Shown here piece by piece: positions 1 through 14,139 of a DNA stretch of 64,000 nucleotides. The notes under the pieces are model-generated. The model had not been told where the DNA came from, did not search any database, and was given only the letters and a program-made list of their open reading frames with translations. How positions within the stretch are numbered: position 1 is the stretch's first letter; each line of letters begins with the position of its first letter. The position numbers were made by a program, and so were the translations under genes. The stretch comes from Sphyrna mokarran. Its lineage: Eukaryota. The stretch lies in assembly GCA_024679065.1 (NCBI GenBank), contig JAGIQG010000010.1:62868001-62932000 (forward strand). The letters are read 5' to 3'.

Positions 1-477
1 GGGTAAAAATGTTGTGGGTTCATCTATTAAGATTAGACACATAGGAACAGTTATACATCAGTATAAATCTCGAAGCTATGTGCGTGTGCTCTGCTCAAAG
101 CAAAAGTGAAACCAGTACGGGAACACATGACACATCTCTCTTCTAATGGCATAATACTGACATTGCTTAAAAGAAATACCATAACAGCATCCAATCAAAA
201 TTTTTCTATACTGCCAATGTTTCTGCTTAATAATTTAACTTCTATTAATGTAACAACAGACTTCATATATATTAGGTATACCCTTACCCTCTATATCTCC
301 ATCTTCTGATAGAGTTGTAAGCTAGACCAGGATTTTACAGCTTCTTCCACCCTAAGGGATATGTGGTCCCACTGAACTGAATGGAGATTTAAGTAGCTTG
401 CTGACTGCATTAAAGGACAACTCACTGTGATAGGGCCATAAAATCCTTTTGTTTCCAAGATAGTAAAAGAAATAAAG

Positions 478-575
478 TCATAAGGAGAATAGGGCCTGGA
501 TGGGATTGTTGTTGGTGCAGACTCAATGGACCAAATGGCTTCTTTTTGGACTGTATTTCTATGATTCTATGAATT
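478..575 (+). mobile_element. Isolated 3' tail of HE1-like SINE / CR1-type LINE
   Basis: ggtgcagactcaatggaccaaatggcttc...ttctatgattctatga, similar to the tail at 1050-1118. Confidence 0.65.
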
Positions 576-793
576 CTCATTGAGCATCTTTGTTGTCCGA
601 AAGTACTACAAGTTAAGCTCAACAATCATGAAAACAGCAACAATCTTTGTCATTTTATTCTGTTGATTTCCATAAAAGAGAAATTAGAGCTATAAATACT
701 CTGAGTTGTTTTCTCAGTTCAAAAATTTTGAAAGTGATCCCTCATTTATATCTAAATCATAAAAAGACAAAATGTTTTCAGTAATTCAGTAAT

Positions 794-1118
794 GGGCAGT
801 ACAGTGGTTAGCACTACTGCCTCTCAGTGCAAAGACCCAGATTCAATTCTGGCGTTGGGTGTCTGTCTATGTGGAGTTTGCGTGTTCTTCCTGTGTCTGT
901 GTGGGTTTCCTCTGGGTGTTCTGGTTTCTTCCCATACTCCAAAGATGGACAGGTTAGATGATTGACCATGCTAAATTGTCCTTCAGTGTCCCAACATGTA
1001 AGGGGTGGAGTGATGCAGAGAGGGTCTGGGTAAGATGCTCTGTTAGACAGTCAGTGCAGACACAATGGCCCAAATGGCTTCTCTCTGCATTGTAGGGATT
1101 CTGTGATTCTATGATTCT
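794..1118 (+). mobile_element. V-domain SINE (HE1-like), near full length
   Basis: tRNA-like head (cagtggttagcact...attcaattc), V domain (gtggagtttgcgtgttcttcctgtgtctgtgtgggtttcctctgggtg...), CR1-type tail ending gattctatgattcta. Confidence 0.85.
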
Positions 1119-2064
1119 AAAATCTGAGACATGCTAAATATATAAAAGTATTAAATTCAAACCATTGTGATGGAATAGGTTTAGAATATCTTGGAAAAAT
1201 AAAGTTGTTTTGATTAAATTTATTATCGTAACATTAAAAAAAATCATAATGTCAATGTTTTAATTTTATTTATGTATTCTAAGCTGAGCACTATTTATGC
1301 TGAGACAAGTTTACACATTTTTGTACTCAGTATCCATGTCAAACATTTACAAGTATGATAATGCAGAGTAAAGCTCTCTCAAAAGCCCAAACCACAGAAG
1401 ACCTCTCACTATTCCATTGATATTGCACTTCCATTTCCCATAACCACTGGCCTTGATGCCTTTCTGGCTGATAACAACTAAGAATATTCAGCTCCAAGTT
1501 ATGGCATTTTTGGGAGTAATATTGTTGAGAAATATTCAAAGAAGAAAAGAAATATTGTTGGGGCTGCAACATTCATGATTCCAAAGCAGTTGCCTGAATA
1601 CAAGGATATCCTAGGCATTGTATTAAATCATAATCTACATGGAAAAGAATTTGCAGGAAATTGAAATTTTTAGTGTATGTTATAATTCACCAAGCAGTGG
1701 AAATGGGATATGTCTCCAATTATCTATTTAGCTATGGACACATAAAAATGTAGGGGAGATTTAGCCTAACTGTCTGGGGGAAGCCTTAGAATCAGGTGGA
1801 TTTTTGACCTTAGTTAGTGGGGTCAATTTTAATCTACCCCATTAATTCGGAAACAGATGCAATGGTGCAATATTGATTTTACATCCTTAACAAATTTATT
1901 CATTATTGAAATCAACATGTGATATTGGATAGAGTGTAAAATCAACATTCCCCTTCTCCCACAAGTTTCTCATGCAGTAATTAGGTTGACTTTAGGGCTA
2001 TCACATTAGGTGTTTTTAACTGTCAAAAGTTAGACTGGACTGAAGATAATGCTTGTGTTCAAAG

Positions 2065-2640
2065 CGAATGGGTATTTGGAATGTATCCAGAATGATTTCC
2101 TGACAAAATCCAGCACCACATTTTAGAAAGGATATCAAAGTCTTGGTGGATGCAGAGAAGAGATGAGGGATTTGAACTGTGTGAAGAAGCTTGGGCTGCA
2201 CTCCTTCAAGTAGAAAGATTAAGGGGCTGAAAAGTTAGGAAGGCATGCCATTGCTTTCTTACCACCATAGCATTCTGTCAGTGGAGGGAAATGTGGTTAA
2301 CAGTCCTCGTGTCCAGAGGTTAATTGTAGCACTTAAGTGGCCAATTAAGTGTCATTTCCTACCACAACAAACAATCAAGGGCTCCTTTGCTGCATAGGGA
2401 AACATGCTGGTGAACCTTTACACTCTCTCAATGGGTATGTGTGTGTGTGCATGAGCATGCGCGCATGTCCATCCATCCCTTATTGGTAACGGAAATTAGT
2501 AGTATACTTGGTTGGGCAAAAAATGCAGAGATATGGGGGAAAAGCAGGTGAGTGCAACTAACGGGATATCTCTTTCAAAAATTTGACACAGGAACAATGG
2601 GCTTTCTCTGTATTGCATGATTCTCTAACTATATGACACT
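2065..2640 (+). mobile_element. Decayed CR1 LINE 3' fragments, interrupted by unrelated sequence
   Basis: caccacattttagaaaggatatcaaagtcttgg...gcagagaaga (PHFRKDIKVL.VQRR-like) and a CR1-type 3' UTR at about 2500-2640. Confidence 0.55.
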
Positions 2641-3059
2641 CAGGACTTAAAGAGTATAAGCTATCTCATAATACAAATCAACCAGCCTGTATTTTTACAA
2701 GTTTCTAAAATGTAAAATAGTAATTTAAGAGATGACAAAATCACTTGTGATAAAGGAATGAGTCTAACTGTAAAGAATAAAAGTATGCGCAGGATATTAA
2801 GTAAATAATTGCATCTTTATTTTCAAATAATTTTAGAAGTGAGAACATACAGAAGGGGAATATAGCACAATTGTCTGAAGTAAATTTAGAATGAGAAAGA
2901 AATTGGTTATAAAACAAACTTAACAGAACTTTGCATGGATAAATACCCATGCTTTGGCAATCTTCATTCCTGGTTGAAAGGTTTCAGAGAACGTAACTGA
3001 GAGTCAAGCCACAGTTTTTCAATCCTTCTTAAATACAGATGTTCTGTCATGGCATTGGA

Positions 3060-3155
3060 AGCTAACCATTGTTCAAGAAAGGTGAGGAGGGTAAACCAAG
3101 TTAACTGTAGACTGGTTAGACTAATGTCAGTTGTGGACAAACTCTTAGAGGAAGA
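3060..3155 (+). mobile_element. CR1 reverse transcriptase fragment
   Basis: LFKKG followed by NCRLVRLMSVVDKLLE, resembling the CR1 motif NYRPVSLTSVVGKLLE. Confidence 0.65.
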
Positions 3156-6100
3156 TTTTAACTTTCATTGTCAGAACAGAATTTCTAATGGGGAACAGCC
3201 AAATTTCTTTTCCATTCACTCCAATGAATTTCTCTTCTTTTCTCAGCTATACATTCCTCATCTAATCCACAAGCTTTAAACATCCATTTTTTGTCTTGTC
3301 TAATCAGGATTTCTTGACGATCTCATCTGTTTTCCTATTTTTTCTGACTTTGATAGTATCCTGAAATGATGGTCTTAAGGGGTTTGGACCTTCACTTAGA
3401 TTTTTTTTAGTTTAAAACATGGTGCAAGAGTCATAAGGGTATGCAAACAAAAAAGATACTCTTCTACATATGTTACCATGTATAATTTAGGCTACATCCA
3501 GATTTGTTCAAGCTTTCACATCAAGAAGAGTCATAAAACATTTGTGGTTTATTCCATGACAGTTACCTCCAAATGTTAAAAACACACATGCTCCAAGCTC
3601 TAACTTCGGAGAAGTTATGCTGAAGTTCTGGTACTCACAGCAGAACAGAACTAAGAATAACGTTAAAAAAAGATCATGGACAGCTGATAAAAATGATGTG
3701 CGGGTGAGTTTCTATCCATTCTTTCACTTTCCTCCTCCTGAGCCATAAAATCATTGTTCAAAATAGCCAGTAGCCTGGCAAATATTGCAAGCATCTGCAG
3801 TGCACTCACGCATCCCTGTCTCTCCCTCATTCCTTCCACTTAACCTGGATTGAAGTTATGTATGATTGCATGTTTACATCACTGATTTTATAGAAAAACT
3901 ACTAATGAAAAATCTAATCCTTCAAATATACTTAAGAAGGCCATTGCAAACAATGTAGCATCATTGTAATATGTTCCATGACTTGATCGTAAGGGTACTT
4001 ACACCCATCCTACTGGAATGTGATCTGCATGGTATTACACAGATTATGCACTGTTTAAGTTAGCTCAAGGGATAAGATGCAAGGTTTTCATAAATATGCA
4101 TGGAAGCAAACACAGGGATACTTTGTTTCTCAACTTTTTTAAAGTGATTGATCATTTTAAAGTGGTTGCTTGATTGATTTCTATATAGTAACAGAACTTT
4201 GCAAAGTGCAATTGGGCAGTGGGTATAACTCTCTCAAAGAGCCTCTTCATGAGAGAAAGGTAAAGATTGAGTTAGGGAGTGAGGAAATGAAGAAACCTGG
4301 ATTGAGATTGCAGTTGTACTGAAAGGTCCTACAGCTCTCAAAAAGTAAAGCCTGTATTTTGAATGTTTTGATTTGCTGCTAATTTATTCTACTGAAATGT
4401 TTTCTGGGGTGTATGACACATTGTTTTATATTTTGCACCAAATTACTCCTTCCATGTAGATGTTGACTTCTCAGTATCTCATTTGTGTCAATTATTAACA
4501 TGTAAGTCTTAACAGCGACTGTTGGCAAACTACCAAGGCCAAACTCAATCCTGTCTTTACCTGACACCCAATTTTGGCTATTTTTTCAGCAGAGTTACTG
4601 GATAACAACCAGGAACTATTTCCAGTTTTCACTTCCCTAGTCTCAAGCATCTGTTACAAGTTAAACAATCTTGTTGCCATCCAAGTTGAGTTCAGGTAAC
4701 ATGTCTCTGAAAGAGGACCCTGTTCAAATATTAACATAGCTTTCTATTGCTGAATCTGATGATTTCCAAGATTAGTCTGATTTTATTTCAGATTTTCACG
4801 ATTTGTCTTTTCACTTTTGTGATAATTTATTTCTTAATATTCCACGTGCTGCTGTTTTCCTTTTACTGTTTAAAAAGAAAATTCTTCAATTCTACAGACG
4901 TGACTAGAAAAAGCATAAGTAAACATTACAAAAATAATGCAGTATAATTGGATGCAAGGTTACATGGTAATTAGTAATGAGAGTTAATTGGAGAGAAATG
5001 TGGCTTTTCCTTTTCCTTTGCAGATTGTGGTAAACGTAGTCCTTTGAAAGGAAATGTATTTGAAATATGAATATTGCACTTAAGTAATTTAAGTACTTTC
5101 ATGCCACAGGATGCTGATGAAGCTGAGGCTGAATATTAAGGAAACAATGTTGTGTCTGCTGTGGCTGCAAAAGAGTAGAAATCGAGGATCCAATTTCTTC
5201 GTTGTTAGCTTCCTTGAACAGTAACAAATAATATGCAAAAAAGAAAGGTGATGGAAAATATGGAGAAGACCTTTTAAGAAAATAATTCAAGACAAGAACA
5301 TTCTCAATGACACTAACTGAAAGTATCTGAAAACTCCACCAAAAATATTTAATATTATACTTAACATGTAACGGTAAATATTTGTCTCAAGCAGTAATGC
5401 TAAACAGTTTATTGTACTGCTCAATAATCCATTCTATTGAAGCCAATGCAACTGAATATTGGGAGAAGAGAATAGTGGAGGAGGATGATAGGAGATAAGG
5501 GGGTGGCAGTGGCCGATACCAGAACATCCATTTAGCAAAATCTTTTGAGACAAATTTCTGCCACCAAATCCTTTTAGAAAATAATATGTAATAAATAATA
5601 ATATTTCATTCATAAACCACAAAATTAGTTGATGGAATGTTTAAGGAAAAACATAATCATGAAATTCCATATCCAACATGTACGGGGGGTGAATAGACCA
5701 CATCCAAGCTATGCCTTTGATTGATGAATACACTCAGCATTTCTTCCTCTTTTTAATGTTCAGTGTTGTCCTGGAGAGGAGAATATATTGAATAATTTTC
5801 ATAAGGCTTTAGAAAAGATATTAATAGCCATATCCAATATAAAAAACTACAGCTTGAAATTCAACTGGATTTTCTTCATGTCTTCTGCAGGACATTAGCA
5901 GGATATCCTGGGGAAGTTGCATAAATGGGCATTTTAGCAGTGTGCTCTGTGTTTCCAAAGGTTCTGACCATCTCCCACAGGGGGAGTCCTGGTAATTCCA
6001 AGGATATGTGTCCAAGGAAGTACTACACTGTTCACCCTGCACAAGTGTTTTCAAATTAGAATGTGATTTGCATACCAGAGCTTTCAATTACTACTTTATT

Positions 6101-6763
6101 TGAATTCTTCAGTCTGGAAATATTGAAAAGACTGATTTAAGCTCACAGTTCATCTCCATCTTGTCTGCATACATGGCCCAATTTATTTTCAAGTTGAATA
6201 TTCTGTTTTCAGTAACAGATGTTTCTGATGATAATATGCTGTTAAAACCTGGTGGAATAAGATGTGCTGTGTGTCCCGCTCCTGGCAATAGGAACAATTA
6301 CCTCAGCTGACTACACTTAGTGAAAGTGATCTTTCCTCTTACTGTCACATGTAGACAGAAGGCACTAATCTTAACTGTGCCTCTAGACAGGGTCATTCTT
6401 TTCACTCACATTTCTAGAGATGTTCACTTCACTGTTTTAAAAAGGAAAAGTAATGTGCTGCCTTCAGCTTCACTGAGAGAGTACAGGCAATAGATATTGT
6501 TTGTAAAGAGGAACTAATTTGAACTGCATGAACTTCTAACAAATGGAGAATAAACTTAGATTAAAATTAACTCAATTAATCTTACTAAATCCTGAACAAC
6601 AGTGCCGAATTTGTCTCGCTGTAAGGAAGAAGAACTGGAAATATTTTCTCAGGAATGACATGCAAGAAAAATAACTCCCCATTGTAAGCAGTAATTGAAC
6701 AATAAATATGTTAACCATTTAAAACCTATTGAGGAAATTAATTGTCCAGTTTATAACCTCTCA

Positions 6764-6968
6764 GGCTGGGATTTTCCAGGCCACCCCCACCAATGGTGGG
6801 GTTTTCCAGAAGTGGTTTTGTCATTGGCCGCCATTGAGATCCAACAGTTCTGCCAAAGTCAGTGTCTATTTACATTGCCCGCTGGCCGCACTGCTGGGCA
6901 TCCTGCCACCAGGGGTCACCTTGGAGTCAGAAAATTGGGCCAGCAGAAAAGGCTGGAAAATCCCATTC
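6764..6968. mobile_element. MITE-like element with terminal inverted repeats
   Basis: ggctgggattttccag at the left end and ctggaaaatcccattc at the right end (14/16 complementary); GC-rich interior. Confidence 0.65.
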
Positions 6969-9499
6969 ACGTTCATTAGTTCTCATTAGGGTCCTTCCAA
7001 GAGTTTAGGCTATCGAATCATTTGGGACCTATAATTTTATCAGTCAGCTGAATTACATGCGTAATCTGAGTAGACATGGATTAGTGTGAGAGGAAAATAG
7101 GGTGATGTTAAAACTGATGCTGAGGAGGATGGGTATCAGTCAATAATTGTATCTGCCCTTTGCAGCCTGATGTGAGATACACAGAACCTTCCTTGAGCGG
7201 AAGCGGAGTCCGCAAGAGTAAACCTGAAAAACAATTTCACACACATCTATCCCAGCCTTCTTGGATAAGGGTCACTTTAAAATGCTTTCAAATTTGATTT
7301 TGCATCATTTAACTACTTGGTCTAAAAATAAAATATCACTCTTAAAAGTTTGTGGTTTGTGAATGGAATGTATATAATTTTATTAATAAGCAACATTACC
7401 AAAACAACTATGTAATTTCTGTTTAGACATTATTAGCACACAGATCATTATTTAAAAAAATATACAGAATGGCAGCTACCATCTCTGCTGAATACAGAAG
7501 ACTTAAAATAAATTGAGTCTTAAAATACAAAACTAGATAATTTATAAAGATATCTTTGGTTATGATTCAGTATGCAGGTAGTGTCAAACCAGATTTCTTC
7601 ATAATATAATAATCTATAATTTAATATTACTGGTGGAAAATTTAACTGTCTTGTTACTAATAATGTGGAGAGCTGAATTCTACTCTGAATTTGATTTATA
7701 GAATAATTCTGAAATTGCTTAGCAAAAGTTGGGAGCTCACATTGGTTACTTCCTCTAATTTATCATTAAGAAACATTTATGTGATTTTTTTTCATGAACA
7801 TAATCCCTGCTCATTTTTATTAATCAATTCAGTGCAGAAGTCTTTGTACTATAATGCCACAATAATTTGATATTCTCTTTAAGTATTTTGTTAGCCATGT
7901 TCTTCAATTGCAGAAATTTGAGTCAAAAAAATTGAGTAAATATTTTAAGCATATATATTATAGTACGTCACACAATCGTGCAGTTTTCGAAGCTCACTTA
8001 AATGAAATATTTTATTACTCTACAGGAGTGTTTCAAGACCAGAAGATCAAAATTCAGATTTATTATGTGTGTAATTAAAAGGACCTCTGAAGAGTGGCAG
8101 TGTCACTGTGTGATAGAACAAGAGTTAATGCTCCCATTTCCCCACATGGAGAACTTTTGATCCACCTCAGTCCCATCAGGGGTACATTCCAGAGGGTACA
8201 AAAACCTTATCCATTGGAAGACTGGGGAATTCAAGAGAGTCAGCCCCCACTAGTCTCTCACACACCTCCTACTGACTGGTTTACATTTCAGCAATGTAAA
8301 AATCTGTCCTTTCAGTCTTCCAGCATTGCACAAGGGACACTCAACAGAAAAGAGGTTAAAGATATCTAAAGCACAGTGGAGCATTGGCAGGTGGTGATTT
8401 TACATGCTTCCACATTGATATTGCAAAATTGATTCCATATCTATTGCTATTTATTTTTGAGAATGTACTGATTATGTTGAAACTATATTAATGAGACAGA
8501 GAAGCAGGGAGATATGGTTTTTCACAGGCACAAGGGAGTTGCAATGAAACTGTCAATATTTATTTAATATATTCAATTCAATGTAACTGAATTGGGGTGG
8601 ATGTGGGGTAGGTTGATTTTGGGTGATGATGTAAAGTGGGCAATACCAATTCTGCCACTGATTATAGATTTCTCTTATCTGACATCATTGAAAATGAAAA
8701 TTGGGACATCTTCATCCAAACACTCATCTGATGCCATTAGCCAAAGTCAAAGTTAGTCCCTAGCATTTCTATTTTTCCCTCATTGGTTGCAATGCAATAT
8801 TTGAAAAATAATTACTTGCAGCAAGATATCAGTGCCTCGAATGATCTTCTGACAAGCATCAATTCAAAAACTTTAGAACTAGTCATCAGGCAGTTAGACA
8901 GTGTAATGGGGGAGCAGCTAAGACAATGAGCTGAATATTTATTGTTCTCATTTGTACCCAGGAGATCTGATTTAAGAAGTACCCCATTCTTCATATTCAG
9001 TAACAATGATAATGCAGAAAATGGTTTCCAGTAGTCATGTGATTGATAAGACATTCTGTTAGCTGTGGGATTTGTATGTTAGATAATACTTTTAGCTTCT
9101 TCTGTAATTTCCTTTCTTTGCCAATAAAATTCAAAGGAAGAACATAAACGATGTTTTTTTTTGTACAAATGCATTCACTTCATAATTACATTCCAAAAAC
9201 GGCAAAAATAAAGCGGGTATACAGTGTCAGTTAGCAATCCAAAGTGCTTTAAATTTGCTGACTTCGATATCCAGCCACACTTTGGCTTTGTATCATTGCC
9301 ATAGTAATGAAATGCAGTCTGCTCCTGCATTTAATGTTTCTCCTAACTTCTCCTGAGGCTGTTGTGTTTGGTGAGTCAAGCACCATTTGGAAGTTTTTAC
9401 TGGTGTGGCTTCAAAAGCAATGCTTCTAACGGTGGCAGGAATGGATTTTTCTGAATAAGTCAAAGATTTTATTCATGTGGAAACCAATGAGGTAGTTTC

Positions 9500-9600
9500 T
9501 TCTTTACAATAGTGACTGCATTTTAAAAGTACTTTAATGGTTTCTGAAGAGCTTTGGGACATTCTGAGGTTGTAACTGGCACTATGAAGTATTTTTCTTC
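9500..9600 (+). mobile_element. Deu-SINE / L2-type 3' tail fragment
   Basis: gtgactgcattttaaaagtactttaatgg...gagctttgggacattctgaggttgt resembles the AmnSINE1/SacSINE1-type tail. Confidence 0.55.
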
Positions 9601-12600
9601 TAAAAGCCAGGATATTCAAACAATATGACTTCAATATTACTAAATCACCTCTCCAGCCACAGACTACTTGCCCATATATTTGTCAAATGGAAAAGTATTA
9701 AAGGACATTTTCAAAAGAACATTAATATACAGTGGGTTACCTGAGCTACCAGTTCCAGAATATTGTATAATTCATTGTACTGTATAATTCAAAGCAAGGA
9801 TCCACTAACATGAAAGCTTCATGCTACAGTAATCTACAGAGCTATGGAAAGAATCATGCTTGAAGCAGATGTGTCATTGGATAGCAGGTGGCAAAACAGT
9901 ATGACAGTTTGCCTTGTGAAGTGAAGCTAGTGAGGCTATGACTCTTCTGGTATGTCCAAGTATTTGTGGAAGTATCTTTATCTGCAAGTCCCTGGGTTGT
10001 TACATCCCACTTGCCTGACAGTTTTGTTGCTACTGAAACTGTTGCCCAGTTCACTGCAAACTCCTTTTCCTCATCTTAACTGGGCACTCATAACCCAAAA
10101 GGACTGCACATGCTCATGTAAAGAATAACAACCAGTTGTTGTTGATTATATAGACAAAATGGACAAGAAAGAAATGGAAGGTTGTGAAACAAAACCAACT
10201 AAACCAGGGATGAAAATGTAGGGAAAGGAATGAGAAAGCACAAACTCACCCCCATCTTAGATATTTTCTATTGTCTAAGAAATCCACTACAACAGGCAAG
10301 ATTCTGCAATTCCCATGCACCAAATTCTTATGCGCAATGTTCACATTGTGGACTTAAACTTCTGTACAGGGCCAATAATAATTGCATCTTCTCTATGATG
10401 TGCATATGTGTGTGACAGTTATGATATACAAGCTATAAATCTGATGGTCAATGCATATTTACATATGGCATAGGGGATCTGTCATATGTAATACAACATT
10501 TAGTGTGACATCCATAATCTGTAATCGTGTGTCAGATTAATGCATGATAATCATGATGAGCAACATGTAAAGGTGACAGAATGTAAAACTGCATAATACA
10601 TGCATGATGGTCATAATTCACAAAGGGTGGGTGTGGGATATGCTAAGTATAACTTGTATATCTAAAATCCATAATGTAATCACTATGAATATGACATGTT
10701 AAGTTTCTGTGCATGCATGGTGTACGTGTGTGAGAGAAAAAGAGACAGCCTTAATGCAGAACATTTGGGAGTATTACATCAACCCAACTTCAAAAGAGTA
10801 AGGTACAGTCAAAATAAATTTTCAGAATGTTTGTTCTAACTGCAAACTTGTATTTGCCCATAGGCTTGTTTAGACTTTAAACACATTCAAATATGACCTC
10901 TACCTCATGCCTTTTCTTATTTTATCTTTATCTTCTATTTCTTAGATAACCAAACATAAGTAATACTTATAGCATGTGCCAAAAACCTAAAAAAAAGAAC
11001 AGAGGCATAGCAATGAGAGTGTTGTTTGATCTCTGTTGCTTATGTCCTGCAGAGCATATTAACCTCATCCTATAACATAAGGTCATTATATTTACATAAT
11101 TTGACAGTGTGGAGTGCTTGAAGCACTCAAACTTCCACAGGGGGTTGGGGATCAGAATGTCAGGACGCCAATAATGCTGGAACAGCCTGTTGATTACTGC
11201 CAACTGCTTTCTGAACTATAGTCATTGGAGACTTAAGTTTCCTTGCAAGATTTAGATGGTGAAGGCAAAAAAAAAGTGATTTTGCTTCCTACTGGTTCAG
11301 ACACTTCAATTACATTATGTGACATCCCCTTATTTAGAGCATTACTCAGGCCTTCCAGTTCTTAGAGCACTACATGACTGCATTGGGGTGGTAGGTGCAT
11401 CAGATGAAGAATAGTCTCGACTTCGATATATGATAATATATGGAGCTAGATAGGAAGGCCATTCAGTCCCTATAACCTGGTGCATCATTCAGATAGATTA
11501 CAGTTGATGTGCATTTTAATTCCATCTAACTACCTTTGGTTCTGTATCTCTTTGTACCCTTGCCTAACAAAAATGGATCAGCAAAATCACATAATGTGGA
11601 TCAGCACAATGAATGGTAATTGAATCAACAAGCACAATGCATCATTGTCTTGGTCCAGCAATTTACTTCTGATTAAGCTTATAGCAAATCCTGGCTATTA
11701 CAGAAAGGCTGTGACTTACATTTTCATATATACAGTGCTTCAAAATTGTGGTTCACCATGTCCACACTGATAGAAAATACGGTTACTTGTTGCCAATGTC
11801 TTTGAAACTTAACCTCCATTGTATTCATCCATTATTTGAAATGTGGAATCTGTACAACAAAAAATAAGGCCACAACCCTCAAATGCATTAAAAAGTAATA
11901 ATTCATTGAACATAATTACAGAACATATTGTTCCAAACAAAATAATTTTGGAAGATACTAATTCAAATGAACTTTGTGACTTGTTCAAGTTTGAATATAA
12001 AAATAAGCTTGTATTTTGCATTATCAGAAATATGCCAATGCAATAATGATCAGTACTTACTATAATAACAATAATTGTTTATATTTATGAGTATTGGATG
12101 CAGTAATAAAGAAAAATGATATACTCGTGAAGGAAAATATCTGATAAACCTCCCAAATATCACTGGATTAAAATTGTTCATAAACATGTTTTGCAACTCT
12201 CTCATGATGCAGCCTGGAACTTTAAGGCCAGTAATAAATGGATAATGTCAAAAGCAAATCCTCAGACATCATTAACTTGAGAAGATCAGTGTTGGTGTGG
12301 CTGTTGTCATTCAGCATTGTGAAAACCTGTATCAACATTCTCCAAAAAACTGAATCTGTCCAGTGTGCATTGTGAGTTTACTTCACATTTATGGAAGAGT
12401 TTAATTTGTGTTCCACAAAGTGAGTAATGTCAATGTTGAGGGATTAGAAGTTTCAGCTTCAACATCAAAACTTAATCAGATGCACAGCAAAACTTCCTTT
12501 GCACCAACAGTACCCCTTAGCCTTAGAATTACATTCTTCATTACAGCTTTTCATTTCCAACACTAGCCATCTTTGTGACCTTTCTGATGGTGGCTTTTGG

Positions 12601-12864
12601 TTTAACTGTTAAATGTAATTTTATGCAGTGAATTCATATGCATTGTGAATCAAGTTGAGATTTAAGGCTTGATTCAGTGCTCCTGGTAATGTCAAGACAT
12701 GACAGATCCACAACCTATCAATGCCTAATGATGGCTGAAACAGAGCACATTGCAGATGATGTGCTCTGATATTTGGAAGCAGTGAGAACAAGGAGTTCCG
12801 AAAACGCAATGCAGCCTGGAAGATCAGTGCACCAATTATGAATACATGATGCATTTTGATAACT

Positions 12865-13132
12865 GGACAGCAAAGTGGCACAGTGGTTAGCACAGTTCCC
12901 TTACAGCACCAGGGGTCTGGGTTTAATTCCAACCTCAAGTCACTGTGTGCAGTTTGAATGTTCTGCCCGTGTCTGTGTGGGTTTCCTCCGGAATCTCCAA
13001 TCTCCTCCCACATTACAAAGGTGTGCACTTTAGGTTGATTGGCCATGCCAAATTACTCTTTAGTGCCAGGGGGATTAACAGAGTAAATTATTGGATTTAT
13101 AGGGAAAAGGCCTGAGTGGGATTGTTGTAGGC
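12865..13132 (+). mobile_element. V-domain SINE (HE1-like)
   Basis: gtggcacagtggttagcac A-box region, gggtttaattcc B-box region, V domain gtctgtgtgggtttcctccgg; tail truncated. Confidence 0.85.
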
Positions 13133-14139
13133 TTGATTGCTTTTACTGTAACAAACAAACTAAAATTAACACTGATTAGTCATAACAAGGCAGGCAACTA
13201 ATATTCTAAACTACATTACAGATATCCTTCAGTAGTTTCCTAATGCGACTAATAATCCCAGCACATTTATATGTTATGCTACATTCTCAGCAGAATTGAC
13301 ATCTAATTGAAGTTTAAAACTTCCCAGCTTCCAACAGGCTCATTTCTCCCAATTTCGCTGAGCCAAAAATAATTTCTCTCAGTTTTCTAAGATTTCCACA
13401 AACTGATTTCTGGCAATAAGGCCTATTCCAGTGACTCTTTCTCCTGGCCACATCAGAGAAAATCTACCAGTGCCCTTAAATCCCTGTTGGTTCCATATCT
13501 TCATCCAGTGGGCAAGCTATTACCAGCATTCTCCCTAGTAGTTAACAGAGAAAAAGCTTTTTCCCTTGCTCTTCACAGTGGCACTGTTTTCCTGTCTCTC
13601 TCTCCCTCTGTGTGCAGAGTTTTAAGAGTCTGTGTGTCTACCCATGGCAAAACCAGCTGCTTTGTTTTCTTTTTCAGTGTTAAAGCTGGCAGGTGAATTT
13701 CAATAGCATTCGATCTGGGCCCCCTATTCCCATGGTAACCAGGCCACACAATCTTGCCTTTGAGCAGAACTTAGTAAGTCACATGCCCCTTTTCATTACT
13801 CCATTTTACCTTGAATTAAAGAGACTGTACAAAACATAGTCGGCTTAGAGCATGCTGTTTTTTCTGTACAATCACAAAGTCTATTAGTTTTTCATCTTGC
13901 ACTCATAATGGAAACTGCAAGAATGCCAAATTTCAAATGATCACAACTTATACCATAGAAGAAAAGAGTACTGACTAGTTGGCAAGTCAATTCTGATTCC
14001 CAAGGCATTGCCATGGAGGAAGCAAAGAGGAAGTGTGGAATCTTCAGATTCACAGGTAATTCAAAAAAAAGCACAGGGTTTGAACATGTTTTTAAAAAAA
14101 TTATTCTTTCATGGAATGAAACATCAACCATCCTTAACT

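Noticed and set aside
794-870. tRNA genes at SINE heads (also 12865, 18540, 23480)
   Set aside because: A/B-box-like sequences run into SINE bodies and do not form complete cloverleaves.
12621-13046. 141-aa ORF, and similar ORFs at 14448-14711 and 42001-42183
   Set aside because: Antisense readings of V-domain SINE sequence (GENPHRHG / RKPEHPEKTHA), a common false-protein signature.
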